Notes under the pieces: model-generated | What the model was told of the DNA's origin: nothing | Seen by the model: the letters and a program-made list of their open reading frames with translations, nothing else | The model's database searches: none | Virus record (IMG/VR): IMGVR_UViG_3300042673_000070 | Span: 1 to 63,046 of that record | Reading direction: 5' to 3' (one strand) | Source of the DNA: a virus | Taxonomy: Duplodnaviria > Caudoviricetes | Length of the DNA stretch: 63,046 nucleotides | Translations under genes and position numbers: made by a program | Shown here: positions 35,201-47,944 of the stretch, piece by piece | Numbering within the stretch: the stretch's first letter is position 1 | How the letters are laid out: every line of letters begins with the position of its first letter

Positions 35201-38198
35201 CGCTGGTCGTCACCCACTTGGAGGTGTTGTCAGCAAACCACTCGCTGAACGAACGCCAGTACGAATCCCTAAGTTTGGTATCCGCAGTCATGCCAGAAGC
35301 TTGTGCTTCGGCGGTCTCACGGTTACGTAGCGCACGAACAAGGTCGGCACCCTGCTTACCCTTGGTGTCTTTCAACCACTGGTCGTACTCGGCACGAATG
35401 GCATTTTTAACTTCTGGTGCAGCATTGTTATAGGCAACACGTTCAATCAAATGCCCAAGTTCGTGACCGATTATCTCTAGGGTACGGGTCTCCGACATTC
35501 CCTGTTTAAACGAGATATAAAAGTCTTTGAGGTTTTCTCCGTACGGACGGATAGACCCTTCTTCACCGGGGTCTGTGCCAGCAGACATGGCCGACGAGTA
35601 GTACCCGTACAGTTTGTATTTGTCCCGCTGGTTACGTACATCTTCTGGGGTCAGCAAGAAAACCCGAACATCGCCAAGCCCCATCGAGTTCATGAGGTTG
35701 GACAAGAACCTACCGTAGTTTGGATTTACGCTGTCAGACGTTACTACGTTAGACGTAGCCCCAGTAAACGGACCATCAGGGTTCTGGGCGAGCAATGCAG
35801 TATCTTGAGCCACGATACGTTTTTTGGCTTCGACCAGTCGTTGCTTTTGTTCAGGAGCAATCCAATTTCCATTGAATGCGTCAATATCAACCAGCGTACG
35901 ATTACCAGTCTTCTTATCAACAGCCATATATACAGACTGACCAGACAAAACACTGTGCCCACGCAGCAGCGCAGCATCCGGATCGGAATACACAACTTCG
36001 CCAGCAACGCTACGTTCAAACCTAGTAGCCCATTCTGGATGGGGTGATGGGGCCTGTTGGAACTTCAACCCAACGTCTTTCTCGCGCTTCGGTTTCGCAG
36101 TGCCCTCCAGCATGGAAGTGACACGCGCAAAGTTCGGTACGGGCTTCTTCAGTTCATCCGTAACAGCAAGATAGGTCTTTTCGTTGATCTCGTCGGCATC
36201 AAACGCATCAATAGCCCGAGTACGCAGGGCAGTCCTACGCTGGATGGTTTCATCAATAGCAGCACGAGCAGTACGCTGTTCAGCCGCACGACGGATCAAA
36301 GTCATCCGGTCTACAGGCGGGGCAGTAGTCGTTTCTAGTGGAGTGACGCTCGGTTCTTCTCCAACATTAGTTGGTGCAGGAGTTGTGCTAACGCCACCCA
36401 GTCCTGATTCTCCAGTTCCAACAGTGCTTGTTGTTCCGGCTCCTTGTGGTGGTACAGACACGCGAGGGCTTCTTCGACCTCTGGTAGCTGTAGCTTTTGG
36501 ACTACTTCGTACATTTTCGACCCCCGCAGGAGTAAGTTCCCATTCGTTCGCCTTCTTGTTGAAAGCAATCGCGCCTTCCTTCTTGAGGTCGCCAATAGTC
36601 TTTTGCAACTCCATCGGGCGCAGTTGGGTCGCAAACCGCAAATTCGGTATGTTCTTCTTGTCTTCGGTAATCGCCATAGCCCGCAACACACGGTCACGTG
36701 GGGCCAAGCGTTCCATCGGGATACCGGGTAGATCAAAACCCATTTGCTCGGCAGGAAGTTCCGTTTCAGGAGCCTCATACACAAACTGGTTGGGTTTGAT
36801 ATCTCCTTTCCTATCCAGTTTTATACCGAGTTCTCTGGCCGTTTCTTTGTATGGGCGAGAACGTGGACGTATATCGGTCTCCAACCCTTCTGCTTCCTGC
36901 TTCACGCGCAGGGCATCAGCCACCGCTTCATCAGCAGGTTTATACAAACTTGGAGGAGCTTCTGTAGCAGGGGCTAATAAACGGGGCGGAGCTTCACCAC
37001 CTTCCAGCGGCAAACCCATTTGCTCCATCGGCAAACTACGCAAGTACCGCATGTCATCTTTGGCGGCAGCGGCAGCATCTTCTTCAAGCACGGCCCTACG
37101 AAGGGCTTCATCAGACCCTTCCAAAAACTGCTTCTCACGCTGATCGCGCATACGGTTAGCAATGGCTTCTGCCTCGCCAAGACCCAGAGCGCGGAATTGA
37201 GAACTAAGCCGAGCACCTTCTTCGGCCTCAGCCTCAGTCATCGGGACTACGTTACCCTCTCTATCAACCTTGTACCCAGCATTGCGCGGGGCAGGAAGGG
37301 CTTTAATTTCTTCTTCGGCAGGTGTTACCGGCTGCTCTGGCGGGGTTTCAGGTTCTTCAGCAGGCGGCTCTTCCGCGCCACGACCACGCAGGCGGCGACC
37401 CAAAGCAAGGTCTGCAATCGCACTGACGATGGCACCAGCACCACCACCCAACGCAGCGGCTTCGCCTACACCACCAAACACAGCCTCATCGGGTGCGTAT
37501 ACGCCCTTGGCAATGAGGTTCTGGAGTACTTGGCTACTTGTTTCCTGAAGTGCTTCTTCACCACCCGCCACAGCAGCGCGGCGCAGGGCAGGAATAAACC
37601 CAGCCACTTCTTGAAGGGCTTCGTCACCAAAGCCAAGCCGACGTAGAATGCGGATGGGCGGCAGGGCTTCCAAAGCACCCGGACCAATACCAAGAGCAGT
37701 AGCAACACCGCGCTCTTCTTCAGTGGCACCTTCTTCTTCCGCACGTAGTCGGGCTTCACCAGTACCAGCACCGACACCCAGACCAACGGCAGCAGCCCGT
37801 CCAGCCGCGCCCAGTGCGCCTAGTGGGAGGAACGGAAGGGTGGAACCAACAGCCTCAGACAGTTTACGAACGGTCGTGTCTTCATAACCCGGAGCCGCAG
37901 CAAACGTCTCGCGGATAGGCTCAACAACACCAGATACACGCTCACGAACTGCTTGTTCGGCTTCTTCCGGAAGGAGTGCAGCAGCACCAGTAATGGCTGT
38001 TTCAGCCAGACCAGCAGCACCGGGAATTAACCCCTTGAAGGCTTCCTTGGCGTAGCCGCCGATAGTGCGCTCGGGCGGAGCTTCTTCAAGCAAACTTACA
38101 TCGTACCCATTCCTTCTCAGGCGTTCGGTCAGTTGCGCCCGAGTCGTTCCTTCAGGAACGTTCCTGATGACGGTACCGTCTGGAAGTCGAACGTCCAT
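32280..38198 (-). CDS. Large internal virion/ejection protein with zincin-like metallopeptidase and PLxRFG-like motifs
   Basis: 1972 aa, last late gene; GHELGH...EWFAD; YFPLFRKG; Gly/Ala hydrophobic segments. Confidence 0.7.
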   Translation of the reverse strand: MDVRLPDGTVIRNVPEGTTRAQLTERLRRNGYDVSLLEEAPPERTIGGYAKEAFKGLIPGAAGLAETAITGAAALLPEEAEQAVRERVSGVVEPIRETFAAAPGYEDTTVRKLSEAVGSTLPFLPLGALGAAGRAAAVGLGVGAGTGEARLRAEEEGATEEERGVATALGIGPGALEALPPIRILRRLGFGDEALQEVAGFIPALRRAAVAGGEEALQETSSQVLQNLIAKGVYAPDEAVFGGVGEAAALGGGAGAIVSAIADLALGRRLRGRGAEEPPAEEPETPPEQPVTPAEEEIKALPAPRNAGYKVDREGNVVPMTEAEAEEGARLSSQFRALGLGEAEAIANRMRDQREKQFLEGSDEALRRAVLEEDAAAAAKDDMRYLRSLPMEQMGLPLEGGEAPPRLLAPATEAPPSLYKPADEAVADALRVKQEAEGLETDIRPRSRPYKETARELGIKLDRKGDIKPNQFVYEAPETELPAEQMGFDLPGIPMERLAPRDRVLRAMAITEDKKNIPNLRFATQLRPMELQKTIGDLKKEGAIAFNKKANEWELTPAGVENVRSSPKATATRGRRSPRVSVPPQGAGTTSTVGTGESGLGGVSTTPAPTNVGEEPSVTPLETTTAPPVDRMTLIRRAAEQRTARAAIDETIQRRTALRTRAIDAFDADEINEKTYLAVTDELKKPVPNFARVTSMLEGTAKPKREKDVGLKFQQAPSPHPEWATRFERSVAGEVVYSDPDAALLRGHSVLSGQSVYMAVDKKTGNRTLVDIDAFNGNWIAPEQKQRLVEAKKRIVAQDTALLAQNPDGPFTGATSNVVTSDSVNPNYGRFLSNLMNSMGLGDVRVFLLTPEDVRNQRDKYKLYGYYSSAMSAGTDPGEEGSIRPYGENLKDFYISFKQGMSETRTLEIIGHELGHLIERVAYNNAAPEVKNAIRAEYDQWLKDTKGKQGADLVRALRNRETAEAQASGMTADTKLRDSYWRSFSEWFADNTSKWVTTSEKPVGIVEKFFADVARKLRELVAAITGNRFVPTKAVKKFLDDMGPGSADSWIAERRRTDSVSGKLVDPFDAAARYSMSPAEQRKNDRAFLSSIASIPSKLPKPTSETFQAATDAASNATPAMRRALYSTLTAHDFDRMYGKHTKGFGQLWSELNSEGAFLRKQEDLIMENYQKWEKILSKYSPAERDRIFDTFMATTTTKVQRTTKNGKVVEKFGVEVLDLKDDKRGINWTADKSHPLYQQYQSLVRKDPKLEEVYKGLRLAYLDYALGIEEVLKQYLAPTEWQKLISQFNEKRLPVYFPLFRKGDFKLKYVDSNGDTVSLQFETLGQRNRAEAEARRSGATDIMTSRVGTREADAIPPSGFFGKIVGQLTEQKVDPEVITSIVNTYLDLLPAQSTLQFARQRKGTEGYSKDMLDAYANVGSSYARRLTNLTYTPKFRAAQDKITEDLENARSSGALDTNVVDDLLDTVGKQMEFIRDPKLNSLAAKLSYFSFQMYLGANISTAIINLVDIPTITYSRLAGKHGWGKAFNAIQNASTAYFSKKKSKEMEEVLQRGLDSGVLREQQLRDIAEFKNVGSKYDRIKAGVERASSWAFAKSDMFNRNVAFMAAYQLSKKTPENVFDQNAFDEAQRAVYDVYGSSFPKAAPPIMGNGFARTALTFKKFALIRINLLLNAYREATKGESPEVRKAARREILAYFGTAYLFAGVQGMPVIGAASVLASVLNSALGDDDEPYNPDFELRDAVGLFNYKGPANYLLGVDFASRTGWTGMLWREDPKRMAEVGPVTYAMEQFLGPAYSYANGIFKPNGVIDSFSAGEYQRGFEQLSPKVVGNILKGARYFEEGAVTASGKPLVDDVNAYNVFMQIFGFRPSDVAEAGDIAGATTRMQREILERRNSIIARAAVARLSGDYEGFQEAVEEAQAFSATFPERAITSETLMGAIQRRQKSIAQSVYGITVDKKLANRITDELGLEE

Positions 38199-39841
38199 TA
38201 TTTGAGCGCGCTGAAGTCGATAACGTTAGAGAAATTAGTTGTTGGGACTGCACTACTCGGAGTGCCACTAGCTGCTGCACGCATTTCAGCCTCCAACTCG
38301 GATACCCTTCTTTGAGCAGCGGCAATCATAGCTTTATGCTCAGGAGATCCTAATTTTATCCCGCCCGGAGGAATGCCAGTAACGGCGTTCAACCGCTCTA
38401 CAGCGGCTCGATACATAGGCTCAAGCGTATTGATGGTTAGTGCAGAACGACGGTACTCGTTTTGACCGCTGCCTTCCCCGTACTGCATACCAGCAACTTG
38501 CAACCGCTGACCAAGTTCCGCATTGAACTGACGAATCTGCTCAGCTTGGTTCTCAAGTTGGAAGATGTTCTGGTACCTCTTCTCTTCAAAGTCTCGCTTG
38601 GCAGTACGTTCACCACGCGCCACCTGATCTTGGTACTTCCGAAGATCCGCCATCTCTCGGCTGAGTTCTTTCTCAGTCTGGCGAAGTTCTTTCTGGGCAG
38701 CACGGTACTGTTGCATACCGCCAATCGCACCTTCCGCAGCCGCGCCAAGGAAGCTAGTACGCTCACGACCACCACGAGAAGCAGCCGCAGCCATACGGAA
38801 CCCAGCCTCAGCCAGTGCCATACGAGCAGCATCCTTCTTCTCGGCATCAAGTCCGGACAAAGCCTTCTCAATACGCTTCTGCTCTTGAGGCGAGAACGTA
38901 TCGGGAATTTCCTCAAACTTACGTCCTTCAACTTCTTTACGCATCTGCGCGAGACGGCTTCCCATGCCAGCATTACCGGGAGCAGCCATAGGTGCAGTTG
39001 ATACAGGAGCCGGTGCCGCAGGTTCTTGACGAACTGGCCGACCAAACGAATCGGTTCTGGATGCGGCTAAGTTTTGGTCAAACGAAGCATACGGGCTCGT
39101 CGCAGCACCCATCGGGACTGCGCTTTGTGTTGGTGTTGCTTTTGGAGCAGCAGGAGCCTGCGGAATTACTTGATCTGCACCAAGTGTGCGAAGAATGCGT
39201 TCGTTCATTGCGGCACCGCCACCTTTGGCGATATCAGCTTCTGAAGCGTAAGGCATACCGAACATTTCGCGGATAAACGGCTCAGAAAGCTTTTTATTAA
39301 GTGCAGCAATACCCGAATCTTCTCCCGTCTCCCGAGAAGAAAGAACTTCACCTGCTTGACGCAAAAGATTGTTTTCTTCTTCCGTACGAGTAAGCGGAGA
39401 CTTTCGCAGGATGCGCTGCACTTCTGCTTTAAGTTGTTGGTCAGGGTCGCCACCCTCAGCAAGTGCAACCACGCCGCCACCCGCGAACTGCGGATACTCC
39501 ATACGGCCAGCGTCAATCGCGCCAAGGCCACGGTCCATCGGCTGCGGAGCGGGAGCAGGAGCCTGCATACCGGCAATCCCACCCTGCTGAGCCTGCATCT
39601 GCTGATCAACCATATTCAACTGATCTTTGATCGTGGGCGGCGTTTGCGGTGGTTTGACTTGTTGCTGCTTCAGTCGCTGGAACTGATTCATCATGGCATA
39701 TAGGTCTGCCATCGGAGCAACGCCTTGAGTAGCCATACCCTTGACGTACTGAATCGCCTGATCAGGGGGCATCCCTTTGGACATGGCCTGCTGAAGCGAA
39801 GCCATCATCGCACGACCTGTGCCGCTAACTGGACCGATCAT
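38198..39841 (-). CDS. Internal virion/DNA ejection protein, putative
   Basis: 547 aa, Ala/Gln-rich and helical; podovirus ejection-gene position. Confidence 0.6.
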   Translation of the reverse strand: MIGPVSGTGRAMMASLQQAMSKGMPPDQAIQYVKGMATQGVAPMADLYAMMNQFQRLKQQQVKPPQTPPTIKDQLNMVDQQMQAQQGGIAGMQAPAPAPQPMDRGLGAIDAGRMEYPQFAGGGVVALAEGGDPDQQLKAEVQRILRKSPLTRTEEENNLLRQAGEVLSSRETGEDSGIAALNKKLSEPFIREMFGMPYASEADIAKGGGAAMNERILRTLGADQVIPQAPAAPKATPTQSAVPMGAATSPYASFDQNLAASRTDSFGRPVRQEPAAPAPVSTAPMAAPGNAGMGSRLAQMRKEVEGRKFEEIPDTFSPQEQKRIEKALSGLDAEKKDAARMALAEAGFRMAAAASRGGRERTSFLGAAAEGAIGGMQQYRAAQKELRQTEKELSREMADLRKYQDQVARGERTAKRDFEEKRYQNIFQLENQAEQIRQFNAELGQRLQVAGMQYGEGSGQNEYRRSALTINTLEPMYRAAVERLNAVTGIPPGGIKLGSPEHKAMIAAAQRRVSELEAEMRAAASGTPSSAVPTTNFSNVIDFSALK

Positions 39842-39844
39842 TAT

Positions 39845-41344
39845 TTACTTCCCCGTGGTTGAGCCAAGGCCACCAAACAGGCTACCCAAACCTAATCCTA
39901 CGCCAGCAATCTGCCCAAACATACTGCCCGGCGCTTGGTACATGGTCTGTGTCTGTCCCGTCGCTGGGAGGCCACGCAGGATGCCCGACATAAACTCCAA
40001 CTGCTGATACGGCAGACGCTGCTGGTTGATGAAGTCCTGATACTGCGTATTGAGCAGTTCCTGACCAAAGGCTTGCTGCTGACCACCAGCACCCAACTGA
40101 GCCGCGTTAATACCCATTTGTTGCTGGTATTCCTGCTGACCCAAATTACCCAACATACCGGCAGCGGCCAACTGCTGTTGAAGTCCCTGCATACCCAATC
40201 CAGCACCAAACTGACGAGACTGCTCGGCAAGGTTCGCACCAGCCAGACCGTACTGGGCGCGTTGTTGGGCGTTCTGCTGACTGAATTGATTGGCTGCCGC
40301 CAACTGAGCCAGCGCCTGTTGCTGAGCCTGAAGCTGTGCTTGTTGGTTTAACTGTTGAGACTGCAAACCCTGACCCGCACCAAACTGTTGTTGGTTGATC
40401 ATTGCCTGAAGGTTAGTCTGACCGGTTTGTTGCTGTGCAGCCTGATTAGCCAATGCAGCCTGAAGCCCCGACTGAGTTCCCAACTGCTGAACACCCAGCA
40501 ACGCAGCGAGATTCTGTTGCCCAGTCGTCAATCCCGCTTGCTGGTTTGCAAGCCCAGCCTGAAGCATACGAGCACGGTCGGCGTTGTACTGAGCCTGTGC
40601 CTGCTGGAACGCGCTTTGACTACCCTGCGCCTGAATGTCGCCCAACTGAGTGGCAAGATTACGACGGGCTTCAGACTCCAGAATAGCTTCACGGGTACCA
40701 CCCGAAGCGCCAGCACGAACACCGGCTGCTTTGAGTGAAGGGAGTTGGCGAGCATAGTCACGAACAGCGGCTTGCTTCTGCCGGTCAACAACTTCCTGCA
40801 TGTATGGCGACATGTACTGAGAAGTCGCGCCAAGACCAAACTGATCCGCATACACACGCTCAGCCGGACCCATCTGATACTGCTGCAACGCGCCAATACC
40901 GACACGCTCCGGGCCAGCCATTTGATACGAGGTACCCGGCGCAGCATTAACGCGCTCAAAGGTAGTCCCCATCCGTTCAAACTGAGGGGCTTGATAAAAC
41001 TCGCGCTCCGCAGCAGGGGTATACTGCCCAAGTCTGGCAGCATCTACGCCAGCCAAACCAGCAAGGCCCGTGGCTTGTCTAAGTTGATCCGCAGTCTGCA
41101 TTCCAGCAATGTTCTGAAACGCCTGCCTTTGAAGCGGACTGAAGTCTTCTAAACGCTGGAGAGCTTCCATAACCGGACGGCCTTGCGCGTCCATGACAGG
41201 ATTGCCTTGAGCGTCTAACTTCGGCCTAGCGTAGGGCTGGTAACCCTGTTGAGACAGAACGTCTGCCTGACCGATTAACTTCAGGATCGGATCTTTGAGC
41301 CAACTAGGAATGTTGGTTTGAATTTGTTCAGTAGGAGTAGCCAT
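39845..41344 (-). CDS. Internal virion/DNA ejection (pilot-like) protein, putative
   Basis: 499 aa Gln/Ala/Gly-rich, YMSPY motif, Gly-rich hydrophobic C-terminus. Confidence 0.6.
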   Translation of the reverse strand: MATPTEQIQTNIPSWLKDPILKLIGQADVLSQQGYQPYARPKLDAQGNPVMDAQGRPVMEALQRLEDFSPLQRQAFQNIAGMQTADQLRQATGLAGLAGVDAARLGQYTPAAEREFYQAPQFERMGTTFERVNAAPGTSYQMAGPERVGIGALQQYQMGPAERVYADQFGLGATSQYMSPYMQEVVDRQKQAAVRDYARQLPSLKAAGVRAGASGGTREAILESEARRNLATQLGDIQAQGSQSAFQQAQAQYNADRARMLQAGLANQQAGLTTGQQNLAALLGVQQLGTQSGLQAALANQAAQQQTGQTNLQAMINQQQFGAGQGLQSQQLNQQAQLQAQQQALAQLAAANQFSQQNAQQRAQYGLAGANLAEQSRQFGAGLGMQGLQQQLAAAGMLGNLGQQEYQQQMGINAAQLGAGGQQQAFGQELLNTQYQDFINQQRLPYQQLEFMSGILRGLPATGQTQTMYQAPGSMFGQIAGVGLGLGSLFGGLGSTTGK

Positions 41345-41356
41345 TATCGCTCCCGA

Positions 41357-44041
<2,685 letters not shown>

Positions 44042-44074
44042 CCCACCGGGTCAAGTTGCGCTGATATTAACACT

Positions 44075-44677
44075 TCAAACCGACACATTGGACACCCACG
44101 TGACGGTCAAGATAACGGACGGGATCTCGGGGACATTACCCAAAGCAGGCTCTTCTGCCAGAAACACGTTGGTATCTGACGACTGCCAAGCAAGTTCAAA
44201 GTAGTCGTTCTCGGCCAGAGGCAGCACAAAGTTCCATGCGGCCACGATCTCAGAGTTTGGTCCGTCGATAGTAACTTTAGTTGCGCTGTTTGCAACATTC
44301 TGACCGTTAAGCCTGAGCCAGATATATACGGCAGACGCACTACCACCAGACTTGTCTAGCTGGGCGGAGAACTGAATGTTGTAGATAGCTTCTTCAGCTA
44401 CGTACACACGAGAGTTGATAGCGCCGATACTGACGTTAAAAAAATCAACCGTCTGGTTATACGTCATCAAATTGACGGCGTTAGAAACCGGGTTAAGCTG
44501 ATCAATGTTGCTATAAAACGAACCATACGGTCGCGGCGCGTTGACGGCGTTGCTGACTTGGTTCAAGTACAGACGCATGACGTTGCTGTACTGATCCTGA
44601 TACCGTTGCTCATAGCTCACCGGGGCTACCGGCAAGCTTGGGTTTACGATGTTTCGTCTTTTGCTAGTTATAGACAC
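44075..44677 (-). CDS. Virion structural protein (tail needle/tip-like, jelly-roll C-terminus)
   Basis: 200 aa following the nozzle gene; IYNIQFSAQL...YFELAW beta pattern. Confidence 0.45.
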   Translation of the reverse strand: MSITSKRRNIVNPSLPVAPVSYEQRYQDQYSNVMRLYLNQVSNAVNAPRPYGSFYSNIDQLNPVSNAVNLMTYNQTVDFFNVSIGAINSRVYVAEEAIYNIQFSAQLDKSGGSASAVYIWLRLNGQNVANSATKVTIDGPNSEIVAAWNFVLPLAENDYFELAWQSSDTNVFLAEEPALGNVPEIPSVILTVTWVSNVSV

Positions 44678-46974
44678 TAGCGACGACCGTCCGGCTTCAC
44701 ATCAATACGCATAGCGCCCATCTGCCACGCCACGCCCTTGTCTACCGAGTCCAACCGGAACGCCATCTGACGACCACGCACTCGCGTGTAGACCTGACCC
44801 GTAAACTGTTGGATCGGGATAGTAGAAGTGCGTGTGACGGTCGGTTGATCAGCAGCCGTGTAATTGCTACCCGAGTTCTGTCTGGGCTTGACCGTCAAAG
44901 TAATTGTTGGACTACTAACAGTTGATCCTGCAAAGGTAAGGTCAGGCAACATACGCCAGACGTAACCAAAGTTCTCACCATCCGAGATATCAAAGTCGGA
45001 TGACTCGATGTACGCCTCAATAGGCAGTGACGGGCTTTGAGATACGTCGTCGTTACCAAACTCGTGCAGCATCACTTGGTTAGGTACTTTAAACCCGACC
45101 GCGCTGTATTGAATATGGCTTGCAGCAGTAGTGCCGTTAGCCCCGCGAACACAACCAGTGAGAGTATTACCAGTTTTACCGGTATAGGTAATCTGTTCCG
45201 AGTCAACCGTGATCGTGCCTGCATTGGGATATGACGACGCATCAACAAGCGATATGGTGGTTACAGACGAGTTGATAGCCGTATCCAGATACGAACTCTG
45301 AAGGCTAAACACGCCAAGCGGGTACGTACGCAGACCCGGCGAATCAAGCCATGCAGTGCGCTCAATCGTACCGTAGTACCAAATACGTTCCAGATGGTTA
45401 TAGATCACGTACCGATTATTCACGAGGCTATCGGCAGACGGATAGAACCACCAGATCTCGTTATAACCTTCGTTCGTACCGCACACGATCTGACCGTACT
45501 GGCTCGTGTTGATGTCGGTATAAACATACTGACGCAAGGTGCAGGGCAGCGTCTCAACGCGACCGGAATACATGTAGAACTTGTCCACACCCATCCAGTA
45601 CGTGACGTTGTTGACCGTGATTGCCGCGTTCGGGGAGATGATGGAGATATTGTCCATCAACAAGTTGATACCCCACACATACGGAGGACCGAGGTACTGC
45701 ATCGAAAACAACGCAGCATCCGTCCAAATCAAAATTTCCTGCCGAGTATCGACCGCGCACTGAATGAACGAACCGTGCGAGAGAAGTTGTTCACCTGACT
45801 GGTTGAGTGCAGTCGGCACCCAGTCATAGGCATTATCGGCGTCTGACCAGCGCACCAACATCGGATCAAAGTCGGAGGTAAACGTAGCAGGGCTGTACGG
45901 GTTTGAACCAAAGCAGATCGTGAAGTTGCTGACGCTTGAAGTCAGGACTTGGTTCGTTTGCTCAGGAATATGCCGACCAGAGTAACTGATGGTCAAAGTA
46001 GAAATCGTAAACGAGCCAGTCGTGGTGGCCGACAACGGTACTGAAAACCCGCCGTCATAGTCAGTTGTGACGTAGGTGCCAGCAGCAATACCACTACCGG
46101 TGATAACTGCGCCAGATTCAATCCCAGTTGGGTCAGCAACCGTAATTGTCGTAACCGAAGCCGACACCGTAGCCGTCGTAGTAGCCCGGATAGTCTCGTT
46201 AGCAATGTCTGAGAGCAGTCTGGCACGGTCATAGTTCGCCAGATCCAGCGTCCAGTAATAGATCGGACCACGACGATAGTTGAAGATCAGGTCGTCGTTG
46301 AAGTTATCTTGCGACCACAAGCGCAAGTCTGTGCCTGCGGCTACGGCAGAACCCCATCCACCTGCACTCCAAGGCGGCTTACCCCAACCCACACCGCCCG
46401 AGTAAGTAGATAGTCCTGCTGGAATTTGTAACTGCGAGACAACCAGCGAACCACCGCCAGACCCTGTAGATGTAGCTACGTTCGGAGCAACGATCTGATA
46501 CGAGTTGGACGTAGGTACAGCAACGATCTCAAACTCACCGTCAAAGTTGATGCCGTTGACGACGCCGCTATTAGATACGCCAGAGAACGTCACGTACGAG
46601 CCAATCGTGGAACCATGTCCTGACTGCGTGACCGTAACAAGCAAACTACCATCCGTAGTCGTGAACGGATTGGCAGCGATCACGCCTGAAGAGAAGACCG
46701 GGGTTACGTCGTAATAGGTACCGCCGTTTTCAATGTAGTACTTGGAGTTCGTACCAAAGCCCAGCAGGTTACTGCCGCCAAACGTGACCCAGTTCCACAG
46801 GGTGTGGCAGATGCCGAGGAAGGTATTGCTGGACTGGTTGACCCAGCCACCCAGCTTTTCAGCGTAGCCCGAACGAAACCGCACCTTGTCACAAGCAAAG
46901 TAACCGCCTTCGTTGGCATAGCTCGTAGACTCTTTGTTGATGCCCGGACGGAATTCAAGTTTTGTAAGGGGCAT
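44677..46974 (-). CDS. Tail nozzle/stabilisation protein (P22 gp10-like beta-propeller), putative
   Basis: 765 aa, Trp/Gly-rich beta repeats, VRWSD, EIWWFYPS; position before the ejection genes. Confidence 0.65.
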   Translation of the reverse strand: MPLTKLEFRPGINKESTSYANEGGYFACDKVRFRSGYAEKLGGWVNQSSNTFLGICHTLWNWVTFGGSNLLGFGTNSKYYIENGGTYYDVTPVFSSGVIAANPFTTTDGSLLVTVTQSGHGSTIGSYVTFSGVSNSGVVNGINFDGEFEIVAVPTSNSYQIVAPNVATSTGSGGGSLVVSQLQIPAGLSTYSGGVGWGKPPWSAGGWGSAVAAGTDLRLWSQDNFNDDLIFNYRRGPIYYWTLDLANYDRARLLSDIANETIRATTTATVSASVTTITVADPTGIESGAVITGSGIAAGTYVTTDYDGGFSVPLSATTTGSFTISTLTISYSGRHIPEQTNQVLTSSVSNFTICFGSNPYSPATFTSDFDPMLVRWSDADNAYDWVPTALNQSGEQLLSHGSFIQCAVDTRQEILIWTDAALFSMQYLGPPYVWGINLLMDNISIISPNAAITVNNVTYWMGVDKFYMYSGRVETLPCTLRQYVYTDINTSQYGQIVCGTNEGYNEIWWFYPSADSLVNNRYVIYNHLERIWYYGTIERTAWLDSPGLRTYPLGVFSLQSSYLDTAINSSVTTISLVDASSYPNAGTITVDSEQITYTGKTGNTLTGCVRGANGTTAASHIQYSAVGFKVPNQVMLHEFGNDDVSQSPSLPIEAYIESSDFDISDGENFGYVWRMLPDLTFAGSTVSSPTITLTVKPRQNSGSNYTAADQPTVTRTSTIPIQQFTGQVYTRVRGRQMAFRLDSVDKGVAWQMGAMRIDVKPDGRR

Positions 46975-47462
46975 TACGCTACTCCCGAGAGGAACAACGC
47001 ACGTTCGTCGTTGCGCCGTTTGACTAATCCCGGCAGAACTCTACCACCTGCCTTCGTCCATTTCAGAAACTCGTCAGCCGCCTCTTCCAGTTCACCTCGG
47101 TTGGTCTTCATCCGAAGGGAAGAACGCTGGAGATTGCCGAGGCCCACGTTGAAGGCAAAAGATACGAGAGCATCAAAGACTCCCTGACGGCCAACAGCAG
47201 CAGGGCAAAGTCGAACCACACCACGCTCAAACCGGCCAAGGTCTTGAGCAAGTATCCGGTCCACCTCGTCCATCGTGAGAGTGCGATCCCAGCCTGCGGG
47301 TATCGGTAGATTCTTGCGCTCCTCATACTTCACCGCAGCGTGAATAGGGTCAATCACATGGCCGACACCGACAGTCCACAAAAGGGCAGGGCAGCGGTAA
47401 GGCTTGGTCCGTACCCCCTCGTGATGTTTGATCATGTCAATGGCAGCCTGACTGACTTTCAC
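46974..47462 (-). CDS. Endolysin, GH24 lysozyme
   Basis: HEG...PYRCPA..WTVGVGH, FDALVSFAFNVG, LPGLVKRR..ER. Confidence 0.92.
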   Translation of the reverse strand: MKVSQAAIDMIKHHEGVRTKPYRCPALLWTVGVGHVIDPIHAAVKYEERKNLPIPAGWDRTLTMDEVDRILAQDLGRFERGVVRLCPAAVGRQGVFDALVSFAFNVGLGNLQRSSLRMKTNRGELEEAADEFLKWTKAGGRVLPGLVKRRNDERALFLSGVA

Positions 47463-47944
47463 TTCTTGCCAAAAGCCTGCGTACCAAACCAGAAAGCGAT
47501 GATCGAAGACAGAATCAACATCTCGTCATCCGAGAACACTTCAGCCATCGCAGCAGCAAACGGCACACCCGTATTGTAGGCGTACCAAACACCAGCAATG
47601 TTGATAGCGACAAGCTCCAACACGAAGATGTAGGTCACAACCGGACGGACAGAAGCCCGGAGGTTGATCATCCACTGACTTGCGCCTTTGCCAATCTCGA
47701 TGTCGTGGTTGTACAGAGCCTGACGTTCTTCAGCAGCAGTCTGAGTCTGGATCTGCTCCAGCTTGATTTCTTCGACCCGAGCCTGAGCAATGAAGCCACG
47801 CTCTGCCAAAGCCAACTCGCGCTCCTTCTGGGCAGCGACCAAAGCCAACTCGTGCTTCTTGTCCTGCCGGTCTTGGAATATTTGCAGGATCTTGGGTAGC
47901 CCACCTGCGAGAAAGGACAGGAACGTTGAGACCATCGTCATCAT
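47459..47944 (-). CDS. Holin-like membrane protein
   Basis: Hydrophobic segments, RASVRPVVTY, IIAFWFG; adjacent to the endolysin. Confidence 0.6.
   Translation of the reverse strand: MMTMVSTFLSFLAGGLPKILQIFQDRQDKKHELALVAAQKERELALAERGFIAQARVEEIKLEQIQTQTAAEERQALYNHDIEIGKGASQWMINLRASVRPVVTYIFVLELVAINIAGVWYAYNTGVPFAAAMAEVFSDDEMLILSSIIAFWFGTQAFGKK

Noticed and set aside
36184-37143. Long plus-strand ORF (319 aa) and many similar antisense ORFs
   Set aside because: Shadow frames of long genes on the other strand, with no RBS or recognisable motifs.
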